A stretch of DNA of 64,000 nucleotides from Neodothiora populina (Eukaryota): assembly GCF_041146345.1 (NCBI RefSeq), contig NW_027191406.1, positions 124,001-188,000 on the forward strand, in the 5' to 3' direction. Under the pieces are notes generated by a model. It was not told where the DNA came from. It worked only from the letters and a program-made list of their open reading frames with translations, and ran no database searches. The position numbers and the translations under genes were made by a program. Positions 1 through 10,183 of the stretch are shown piece after piece. Every line of letters begins with the position of its first letter. The first letter of the stretch is position 1.

Positions 1-76
1 TCATTTGATATACGATAACGACCATTTCTTTCCTTTGTCTTGTTCTCTGCACATACGGATCGGCCAGCAAGTAATC

Positions 77-1702
77 ATGTCGTCTCCAACTCCAACTATA
101 GAGCAGCTCAAGTCCGTACCCATGGCCATTTCGGCCTCGGTCTTTCTCATCGCATCGTGGATAGTGGTTGCACTACGCATATATGTGCGAGCGTATATGA
201 TTCGTTCGTTTGGATGGGACGATTGGCTCATGGTGGTGACTCAAGTCAGTATTATCGATATTTTTCATGCTCGTGAGGAAGAGCGTAAAAGTGAGCTAAC
301 ATGACTTGGTAGCTCTTATTCACTATAATGTGTGCTCTGATATTGGTGATTTGCTCGACGGAAATCAACTATGGAATCACCGGAGAAGCAGCAACTGTGA
401 TTGCGACTGTGAGTCTTCTTCATGTCACTGAATCGCAAAAAAGTGCAAGAAAAGGACTGACAAAGCAAACAATAGTCCATGGTCACCATCTTCGGAATCT
501 ACATTATAACGACGCTATTCCTGAAACTAACCCTCTGCCTCTTCTTCCTCCGCGTCCTCCACACCCGTCAACAGCGGACCCTCATAATCATCACGGCGGC
601 CATCTCAGTCCTCATCTCGCTAGTCTGGTTCTTCATCGCCATCTTCCAATGCGGCAACCCATCACTCTATCTCGTCCATCAACTGGAACACAAATGCCTC
701 GACTTTGGCACCGTCCTCGCACCAATGAACTACATCCACGGCATTGCAAACGCCATCTCGGACTGGATCTTCGCCATCGTGCCCATCCTCGTCGTCCTCC
801 GCACCCAGATGACACCCCGCGCCCGCGCCTCGGTCATCGCCATCCTGGCTCTAGGCGCAGCAGGCAGCATCTGCAGTGTGATCCGTCTAGCATACGTGCA
901 CGTACTACACGTGCGCGTGGACCAACTCTTCACCGCAGCGCCAATGTACGCCATCGTGTCTCTGATCGAGCTGGGCTTCGGCATCGTAGCAGCGTGTCTC
1001 GCAACACTGCGCCCGCTGTTTGGACAATGGATCGAGAAAGCCTCGACGTACGTCGGTGGCATGTCATCAGGCGCGGGGCGCAGAAGCCGCAAAGCAGCAG
1101 CAGGCACATCGACATCTCGCACCGGCGGAGGAAACGGCACCAGAGCCTCAGACCACGGCATCGTCATGGAGCGCACGATCCGCGTAGGCTACGAGTCGGA
1201 GCAAGGCAAAGAACTCAAGACCCTGCCCTCGTCATCAGTGCACGGCATCGGATTCATCAGAACCTCCAACGAAGACGCAACGCCGCCGCCGACGCCGACG
1301 ACGCAGAAACCTGCCATGATGCAATCCGCTCGCACGACGAGGTCGTATACTACGCAGAAGGAGACATGGGATCCGACGCGCGACGCGGAGAAGGAGTTTG
1401 TCGTTTCTATCCATGGCTTCGTTGCGGCTGTCAATCGTGATGGGTCGACGACGCCGGCTGCGAGGGGTCATGCTAGTCCCACTGCGGCGCGATTCCACTC
1501 ACATGTACATTCACATTCGCATTCAAATTCGCGGTCGTTGCGTTCAGATGATGTGACGGCGAGGGCCCTGGTCGAGTCGGATAGCAGTGATGTCGGGAGT
1601 CGGAGACAGAGTGGTAGCCAGAGAGGGTCCGCGAGGGATCGGTCGAGGACGGGGAGTACGTCCAGCGGAGACTCTCTGCTAATTGTTCAGGAGCATGTAT
1701 AG
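77..1702 (+). CDS. PTH11-like (fungal rhodopsin-like, non-CFEM) integral membrane protein, 3 exons
   Basis: Exons ~77-244, 313-408 and 476-1702 joined by GT..AG introns. Typical segments LRIYVRAYMIRSFGWDDWLM, LKLTLCLFFLR, IFQC, DWIFAIVP and IELGFGIVAACLATLRPL, followed by a long Ser/Arg-rich tail. Confidence 0.85.
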
Positions 1703-1898
1703 AGTAAAAAGCTGTACAGTGGAGGATGTACGAAAGCGAAACATTTTTTCTCATTTCGGTTCGGTTTTTTCCTTAGAATGATACACAGAAATCGTCTACC
1801 ATACTATTACAGGATAAATTGTCCATCTTTCCATATCGACAAAGAAAAGACGCGCGTATATAGGGATAAGGCTCTTGCCAAATCGACAAAGAGCACAA

Positions 1899-4089
1899 TC
1901 AACAAACAAGCTTATAAGCCCGCTTATACCACGGCCAAGCAGCCTGCTGCGCCCGTTCTTCGGCCAAAATCTCCGAGAGATCTAAATCACGTCGTCCGCT
2001 GGTGACATCGATATCATGAATGCTGATGATCTTGGTCTTCTTCCAGAACTTGAAGGCGAAGTAACTGATGAGGACAATGGGGAAAGCGAGGTAAGCCATG
2101 AACCAGTTCTCGACGAGCTCGCCCGAGGTCATGTCGGCATAGCCCACGGGTGCGAAACCGGTCCAGAACTGCGCGATCAGGATCAGGATGTTGAAGATGA
2201 CGCCGACGTAGCTTCCGTACACGGTCGCTTGCGACTTGAACGCCAGTTCGTCCAGGGTATGGCCCTGTGCCTTCCATGCTTGACGGAAGCGGATGTGGCA
2301 CGCGCAGATGCTCGTCCAGTTAAAGATTGCTGCGAGACCGGAAATGGCTAACATCCAGTTGAATGCCTGCTCACGGATGTCGGTGCCGGCGGCTACGATG
2401 TAGCAGAGGAAGCCGAATGCAGAGGCAAATCCGATGGCGACGATGGGTCGGCCGGCGCGGTCGATGTAGCCTAGGATCTTGGGGGCTTGGCCGCGATCTG
2501 CGAGGGCTGCAAGGGTACGCGAAGAACCGTAGACAGCTGTGTTGCCGACTGAAAGCACAGCAATAAGAATGACAACGTTCATGATCGACGGAACTGAGAT
2601 CACGATTAGTTCATGTTTTGTAAGCTGAGAACTGAAGACATGTTACTTACCAACACTGATGCCAGCATTGCGCACAGCAATGACGAATGGGGAGGCATTG
2701 GCGTCAGTGGAGCCGCTGCCATTAAGGAGCTGCGGATCATTATAAGGAACAAGCACACCGACAATGGTCAGCGAGATCATGTAGAACTAGACGAATGGAA
2801 GTAAGCGTACGTGCCTAAAGACGTCAAGTCCCACTCCCCTAGCTGCCCTCTCTTGCGAAGAGGATCTGTGGAGAGTCGGCACATGTAAAGAACGATACTT
2901 ACGAGAAGGATTCGCCAGAAGACTTGCTTGATGGCAGAAGGCAGCGTCTTGCGTGGGTTTGCAGTCTCCGCAGCACACAGACCGACCATCTCAGTGCCAG
3001 AGAACGAGAAAGCAGCAGTCACGAAGACGGAGCAGAGACCCTTGAAGCCGTTATGGAATGCGCCGGGATTAGTCCTGTATTTGTGTCAGACTCATTTCCT
3101 GAACGATAGGAGAATCATGTATTACTAACCAGAATTTCGCCCCAATGTAGGGTTGTCCAGAAATGCCACCAGTATCGATGATTATACCAAGGAGGCTGGA
3201 TAGCGCAGCGTTAGCATTCTGTAACAAACGGATCGAGACTGAGAGCGACATACATAAAACCAATGATTGCCAAGACCTTGATGATCGAAAAGACGAATTC
3301 GGCCTCTCCGTAGCCCTTGACACCGAAAAGATTGATGCTGATAATGACAACCAGGAATATGGTGACCCATGCCGCACCATCAACCTTTGCTGCGCCGTCC
3401 CAGAAGGAGAGGGTAATCGAAGCCGCAATAATCTCAAGAGGGAGAGTGATCAACCATGACAGGGCATAGTTCCACGCGATCGCAAAGCCCAAGGCGGGAT
3501 CGATGAAACGAGAAGAGTAGACGGCAAAGGAACCTGCAATGGGGAATGCGACGGCGAGTTCTCCAAGAGCGTGGACAGTGCAGAACAGCATCACTCCGAT
3601 CAGTCCATCTATTACGTTCAAGCCATTAGTATGCGTTACAGACGTGCCAGGAGTGTAGATTGAGAAGTCGTACAGGCAATGATGAGCGATGCAGGACCGC
3701 CTGTTGCTAGCGCTGAACCAGATCCGACAAAGAGACCAGTACCTAAGAAGAAACCAATGATTAGTCAATGCGACTCGATTGACCATGTAGCGCATGACGC
3801 TATCCGTTTTCCCCTTACCAATTGATCCTCCGATCGCAATCATCTGTAGATGGCGATTCTTCAAGCTCATCGCCAGAGCAGGCTCCGCTGGTGGTTGGTC
3901 CTTGAGAGGCCTCCCTTGCTCGTCCATAGCTATAGTGACCATGCGAGCATTGGGGTTTCTCTTGAAGCTGTCCACAAATCGTCCCATGAAGGTCCCGGGT
4001 TTCGTGACCACCACCTCGCCCTCATCGGCCTGGTAGTGACCAGAGTCCGCTGGGCTAGACGCCTTCTCCAAATCGCCGAAATTGCCCAT
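1899..4089 (-). CDS. General amino acid permease (APC/YAT family, GAP1-like), multi-exon
   Basis: Motifs [46 protein letters not shown] and AIKQVFWRI, plus SRTLAALA in the last exon. The ORF pieces are separated by canonical introns. Confidence 0.93.
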
Positions 4090-4363
4090 ATTGGAATGGT
4101 TCGCGTGACCTTTTACTACACACGTTGTTGGTGATGATGATACGACTTATGTAGGGAAGAAGAAGGGACAGGTCAGCGACAAAGGGCCACCAAGACTATA
4201 TCACGCAATTCAATATTGAGGGCTGTGCAGACGGGGGCCAAGTCCGTCTCTGCCACGCACGGGAATGGTCAAGTCCAATGGCTTGCACATGGTGGAGCAG
4301 GACGTCGTCGGGGTTCTCGCAAACTTGTCACAGAACGATAGTACAATGTGCACACAACCACCA

Positions 4364-4810
4364 GATAACGGGCGAGCAGGGCGAGCCGAAGCCAATGAAA
4401 CCACTCCAGTGAAGACGGTCCTATGGGACGAAGCGATCGACAAGGAACGTATGCGCATAAGGCACATGGGACGCGCCACGTTCTTCCTTTCCTTTTTTCG
4501 CCCTTTGGCCCTTTGGGCGGTCTGGAGGACGTGCAGACATTGGCGGCAATCTTTTCGCATGGTTGAGAGTACCTTCCAAGCCGCCTTACCAAGTCTTGGG
4601 ACCTCGTAGCCAAGAACGCCATGGCGCGCGAGATGACAGATATATCTAAGCAGTAGGCTTCTTCATTTCACCGAGAGGCGCTGTACCTTGCTTGGGCAGA
4701 GATTGACAAGAGGACTCGAGACAAGCACACGTCATGCTTTCTTGGATGGCTCAATGTACAGAAAGTATAGATAAGTGGTGGTTGTGGCGTTACCTTTTAT
4801 TTACCTTATC
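4364..4810. promoter_or_regulatory. GATAA sites upstream of the amino acid permease (candidate AreA/Nit2 nitrogen control)
   Basis: GATAA at 4364, GATAAG at 4770 and CTTATC at 4805. GAP1-type permeases are known GATA-factor targets. Confidence 0.4.
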
Positions 4811-5805
4811 TTTATTGCCAATGAGACAAAGCAAATTCCCAGAGTTGCGGTCACAGAGATGACAGACAGAAACCAGGAATCGCATGCGATACGACGCACT
4901 AGTCTTGTCAGCAAGTACACGAGACATGATACCACGTCAAGGATTGGCAGATCTTCCTTCGAAGATCACCTACTCGAGCAGAGATGCGCCGAGGTGGACA
5001 ACGAATAGAGTAATCGCATCTGCTAGATACCCTCAGCCACCTCCGCAACCCCGCTCCCGCAGAATGACGTGAGTGGGGAAGATCTGCGTATTGTTCGAGC
5101 CGTCTCCGAGACCCCTACTCACCAGCGACTGTAAGGTATGGTCGCTAAGATATTGTATCTCAGAACAAAAGGCTTCCTTCAACTTGACTTTTCTCATTCT
5201 GGTCAGGGGCACTTGGTGACGCGATGGATAGAATACTGCGACTTGAGCTTGTCCTGTGGAGACAATGGCCCTATTGGACGAACGTAAGATGGTTGAGTCT
5301 ATCGCAGAAAACTGTGTCATGTGTTCAAGGATCTGGCCACATGGCAGCAATCTAAAAAGCCAAGATGGAAGGTTTTGATGTGGTCTTCGAATCCCCATCG
5401 GATAACGAGTTTGAGATGGTCATGTATTGATGCATTGAGTGAAGTATGACGATCGTGCTGGCGCAACCGAATCTCCTCTGAGAGCATATAAGAGACTTGC
5501 CAACCGAAATCTAGTCTATTGAGAACTCTACTCTAACTTTATCGCATTCGTTCCGGTGAGACGTGCAGATAACCTGTCCGGAGGAGAGTGGAATAGCAAC
5601 GCAGAAGAAATTGGATATCAGTCAGGACCAAGAACATCGCGGGGTATTGAAAGAAAGGAAGCCGGCCAAGCCAAGCGAAAAACAAAATAACAGACAAAAT
5701 AGACATGAGGAGAAACAACGCCGAAAGGAACCCTCCTTGCGTTTCACGAACAGCACTCCATAGTCTCGGTCTTTGTAACCTGGCGAATCCATTCCATGGA
5801 TACCT

Positions 5806-5812
5806 TATAAAT
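5806..5812 (+). promoter_or_regulatory. TATA box followed by a CT-rich tract, with no convincing downstream CDS
   Basis: TATAAAT at 5806-5812, then a pyrimidine-rich stretch at 5845-5890. Confidence 0.4.
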
Positions 5813-5853
5813 GGGAGTGTCTGACCTGTCTCCCGGAATGTGTCTCTACAATC

Positions 5854-6249
5854 TCCACGCTTCCCCTACAATCCTCGTCTTTCGTCTCTGGGGTTGCCTA
5901 CTTGGACGCGCCCACGCGATGCACATGTCAATGAACAAGGTAGCATTCGGCCCGATCCGACGACACATTGAACATGTAGTCATTTGATCAGTGAATAGCT
6001 TAGTGGCATACTGGGCTCATAGGGAGCAAGCCACGCAAAATGAGCCTGGCATTGACTCAAGAGCGTCGGCATAGGTCACGAGCGCTCTTGAATGTTGCTA
6101 GATAAGCTCCGCTTCGTTCACATGTGTTGACCACTGAAAGGCCTCGTACCCGAGAGTAGCACGTGCTAAGCAGGATCAATCTTGCAAGACCTCAATGGCA
6201 CCGAGTGGTTTACTGACGTCAAGTAGTCCAGAGGGTCGAGGGGTGTGGA
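5854..6249 (+). ncRNA. Candidate structured non-coding RNA (long nested fold-back with a two-hairpin head), family unknown
   Basis: Six collinear nested pairings plus two apical hairpins read by eye, with many G-U pairs on the + strand (see findings). Confidence 0.5.
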
Positions 6250-6406
6250 AACATCGTGAGCTAAAACAATGTTGAATGTGGCGTGGACGTTGGAGATAAG
6301 GATTTGATTAATTCTGCGCAAATGCCTGGACCGCGGTACATGAAAAGGACTTCTTTTCTGCTCATAAATATCAAACAAGGGACGATGGGGGTATTTAATG
6401 GAATGT

Positions 6407-8635
6407 TCATGCTCGGGGCATGTTCTGAGCCATGACCGGGTGAGTCATGTTGGGAATGTTCATGGTTTGGTGAGACATGTTTGGAGTGGGCATGCTCTGA
6501 TGCGAGAGGCTCGGAGTTGGGGTGCCTTGGTGAGACATAGCGTTCGGCATGCTCTGATGCGACAGATTCATGATATGATTTGACATGTTCTGAGTCTGCA
6601 TATTATGATTTGGCATGTTGTGGTTTGGCGACACATTCTGAGGTGACATGTTCTGATTTGGCGACATGTTCTGGTGGGACATGTTTGCATGCGCCATGCT
6701 TGTGTTTTGCATATTTGAAGTCGGCATATTTCCATTAGCCATGTTTCCGTTGGGCATGTTGGCATTAGGCATGTTCATATACCAAGATGCGTCATCGGTG
6801 AGGAATGTGTTCCAGTCAAAATCCTGCATGTTCGGCATGTCGACGGTCAGATCGTCCAGCCAAGAATAGGTGGCCGCAACATTGTTGTGCTGAATATTGG
6901 ACGAGGGCGTCGACTCCGATGGAGGCTGAGGTTGCCAACCAACGTTGAGTGCGGTTGTGAGTATCCTCGAATCCTCCTCTTTCCGTTTTTGATGAAGTAA
7001 GACGAGCAGCCGGGCGGTGCTGTAAGCTTCTTTCATGGACGGCGTGTCGTACGTGGCAGCGACGGCGGCAAGCGTCTCCATGGCTGGCTCCAGCTGGGTG
7101 AGTGCTGCGCGCGTGTCGATGGCGAGCAGAGTGCAGATGATCTGAAAAGGCGAGTAGGCAATGTGGTGCCAAGGACAGACAGTGTCTAGTAGCTCACGAG
7201 CTGCGTGAATTCCTCTGGTGCAGAAGGTCACCACACGGTCCAGAAGTGTCCCCGAGATGTTGTGATTGAGCACGCGCAACCGCCGGTAGATGCAGAGCAT
7301 CAGGTTGCACTGGGTCAGTGTCGAGGCGGGATGGGTAGGCGTTGTCTCGAGCACGCTAGCCAAGACAGTCTCGAGTTCGGAAGAGTCGGGATTCTTGTCA
7401 GGATCCAGGCTCTCGGACAAGGGCAGAAAGTCCAAAACTTGTGTAGTCACGTCGCTCGGGCGCGGCGACGGCGGGAGAGATGAGATACCCCTGAGAGCAA
7501 CCCTGGATCTACCCATGTCGAAGGATATCCATATGTTCAGGTGTTGAGCCACGCCGAACAGCCTCCTGCGGTCCTCGGGATCAGCCTCATTGGGAGCGCG
7601 AGGGAGGATAGCGTCTGGCGATGGCTCGGTGTGAAGACCGGCGGCTTCGATCATGTGCATGACGGCGCAGCTAGCCATCCATACAATATGTGGTGGGGCG
7701 GTCATCCTCAGATAGACGACCCTCAGCATCCAGCCTGACATGATCGTGAAGGTGGGAGCGAGCGAGGAGATCAGCTTCTCCAACAGTGTGTGGGCGCGTT
7801 TGGCCAACTCCAGCTCGCTTTGCTCGGCTTTCGGATGTGTGAAGAGCGAAGCCAGAGCCGCAACACCACAGAGCAAAGCCTCACGTGGTAGCTCCTCTGG
7901 GTCAGTTCGAGGCTTCTTCGTTTTTGTTTGTGGGCCTGGTGGTTTTTGGAGTTGTTGCGACGCTTGCTGTGGCGATAGATTCTGTTGTTGCTGTTGCTCA
8001 CGAGCCTGCCTGGCCTGCCAGGTGGCTTCGATACTGTCGTATAGCAGGGCGCGATTGAGAAAGCCGTAGACGGCATGGATCTTCTCAAAGTAGATGTTCG
8101 TCAGCGCGTACATTTCCTGCCTGGTGAGGATGTCGGCGACGGAGCGAGGCGTCTGCTGGAATTCACCGCGGCCCCCGACATGGAGGTTCCAGGCGAACAG
8201 ACTGAGCTTGGGGGCATTGACGGGATCCATCTTGAGCGCTAATTTGCGCATGAAGGCGGCGCCCGAGTTGGCCTCCATGGAGCGGAGATGCGATTGGGCG
8301 TTAGCATTGTGCGAGGTAGTCGAGGTGCCCGAGGCCGCGACGGCGGCAGCAGCGGCAGTAGCTGCAGCTGACGTCGTCGAAGGAGCCCCAGTCGAAGGAG
8401 CTGTCTGATCCGGAGCGCGATTGGGAGGCGAGGTATCTGTCTGGTAGTCGTCAAAGTTGGAAAGGGCAAGGCCAGTGGTGCGCTTCTTGCGCATGTGTGA
8501 ATCGAAATAGCATTGATAGTCGAACTGTGAGCAAGTGTCACATGGATTTTCGCCGTTGCATTTTCTCTTGCGCTCTCTGCAAGGTTCGCAGGCGATCCTC
8601 GAGCGCTTTCGCTTTACGTGTTGCTCGGTCGTCAT
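6407..8635 (-). CDS. Zn(II)2Cys6 transcription factor, RDR1-like, with fungal TF middle domain and Asn/Met-rich repeat tail
   Basis: Binuclear cluster ACEPCRERKRKCNGENPCDTC..C. Segments EANSGAAF..KL and WISFDMGRSRV resemble RDR1-type factors. Single ORF of 742 aa. Confidence 0.9.
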   Translation of the reverse strand: MTTEQHVKRKRSRIACEPCRERKRKCNGENPCDTCSQFDYQCYFDSHMRKKRTTGLALSNFDDYQTDTSPPNRAPDQTAPSTGAPSTTSAAATAAAAAVAASGTSTTSHNANAQSHLRSMEANSGAAFMRKLALKMDPVNAPKLSLFAWNLHVGGRGEFQQTPRSVADILTRQEMYALTNIYFEKIHAVYGFLNRALLYDSIEATWQARQAREQQQQQNLSPQQASQQLQKPPGPQTKTKKPRTDPEELPREALLCGVAALASLFTHPKAEQSELELAKRAHTLLEKLISSLAPTFTIMSGWMLRVVYLRMTAPPHIVWMASCAVMHMIEAAGLHTEPSPDAILPRAPNEADPEDRRRLFGVAQHLNIWISFDMGRSRVALRGISSLPPSPRPSDVTTQVLDFLPLSESLDPDKNPDSSELETVLASVLETTPTHPASTLTQCNLMLCIYRRLRVLNHNISGTLLDRVVTFCTRGIHAARELLDTVCPWHHIAYSPFQIICTLLAIDTRAALTQLEPAMETLAAVAATYDTPSMKEAYSTARLLVLLHQKRKEEDSRILTTALNVGWQPQPPSESTPSSNIQHNNVAATYSWLDDLTVDMPNMQDFDWNTFLTDDASWYMNMPNANMPNGNMANGNMPTSNMQNTSMAHANMSHQNMSPNQNMSPQNVSPNHNMPNHNMQTQNMSNHIMNLSHQSMPNAMSHQGTPTPSLSHQSMPTPNMSHQTMNIPNMTHPVMAQNMPRA

Positions 8636-10183
8636 GATGTGGATGATGGAATGAGGTCGGTGGTAATGAAGGGTTCAGCTAGCATGTCAGGGATTCGTAC
8701 GCATCTAAATGTGGTTCGAGAGCATAGCGAAGTGTGACGGCAACAGCGGCAGCGATACAGTATGCGATGGCAGTACAACGATAGTTCGGAGCAGAGAAGA
8801 GTCGGTCAGCGACCGGTGTCACGATGGTGAAATGAGGAGAGGCAAGAGAGCAAGTCAGAAAAGAGGATAATCACATCGAAGACGAGTCGGGGCACTGAAA
8901 CCGTGCGATGGGGACGGTGACAATCAAAACTCCGAGGCAGCGAATAGATTGCAGTAGAAGGAGGGATACCGTACAGTAGCTTACTCTGTACAGTTAGTGG
9001 AACTGGCAGGGTAGAAGCGCTAGAGGCACTAAACGCTTTCCTGACAACGTCTGGACACAAAAGCACCTGCCAGTGGATGCCCTATGTCCTACCGAATGAC
9101 TGTACCAAAGACCAGATCGCGATTCCAGGAGCAAGACGTGGAGACCACAAGGACACTAGCCGGCAGAGTCACAGAGTCAAGGGTGAGCCACCGGCCGAGG
9201 TGGCCAGCAGGTAGGTGATTACTGTAGGCAAAGTAGAGGGAGGTGGGCAGGCGATTAGGACATTAGGAGCAGATGCTATGCATCAGGAATACAGTAGCGA
9301 TCCGTGGAGGTCCGAGGGTACGAGTTGATTGGTGGAGAAAGGAATTACACTCGACTGACCGGCCACCAAACAATACTGAAGGAGCAGAGGGAATCTCGGT
9401 TAGGCAAATCCTTGAGGCAGAGTTTGAGCGTCTCGAGAGACTGTTTGGGTATCATGTGAATCAGGCAACACTTGGAAGCAGGGAGTGGAAAGGAGCGACT
9501 TGGATGTCTTACAGCAAGTCACAGGAAAACACCGAGCTGATAGCAGTGTCAAAGACGAACACAGTTAAGATCAGGGTCAAGTGGGACGGACTACTGTACA
9601 AGTACAGTACTGTATCTAATGGTCCATCGAAGAAGTGGGGCTCTGCCTTTTGCTTCTGGGTCCCACAGTTTCTTCTTCACTTCTTCACCACCGAAGGATG
9701 GATAAAGATACAGTGATGTGGTGGGGAAGGATCTGCCGAAGACAAACCGGACAGCCAAGCCAAGACTTTTGGTCAGGAACATTTGCACTGCGCTGCTGTC
9801 CCCGAGTCTGCCAGAAGAGGGTCAAGCACTGCATAGAACATAGAACAGAAGCAACACCTGATACCGTACGCTATTTCGATTCAAGCTCACCTCCCTCCCC
9901 AGAGAAGAGCAAAGCCGCCCGGACAGATCAATCGTCATCGCCGCAAGCCAAGCCTGGAGGTACGACGCGGGTAAGGTGTAGTGTGTAAGGTGCACCTGCC
10001 CGTGGAATGCGTTGTACCTGTGCCATCCACTGTAGCTTCCTTACTGACAACCATACCACCTGCCTGCTGCGATACTGCACCTTCCTTGGATTAAATCAAT
10101 CACCAAGAATTTGACCGATTCAATTCTGTAGCTCAGCGACACATACCTCCGTTCATCTCATCGTTTCCCCCAACGGCGGCAAG

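Noticed and set aside
5811..5987. 58-codon ORF (MGVSDLSPGMCLYN..) overlapping the fold-back
   Set aside because: Its ATG overlaps the TATA box, so it would lie upstream of the likely transcript start, and the peptide has no recognisable features.
6100..6120. Minus-strand GAAGCGGAGCTTAT resembling RNase MRP/P CR-V
   Set aside because: No matching CR-I (GAAAGTCYCC) partner was found at a suitable distance.
9273..9988. ORFs in the divergent RDR1-like/SNX41 intergenic region
   Set aside because: They have no protein-like features and are best explained as promoter or UTR sequence.
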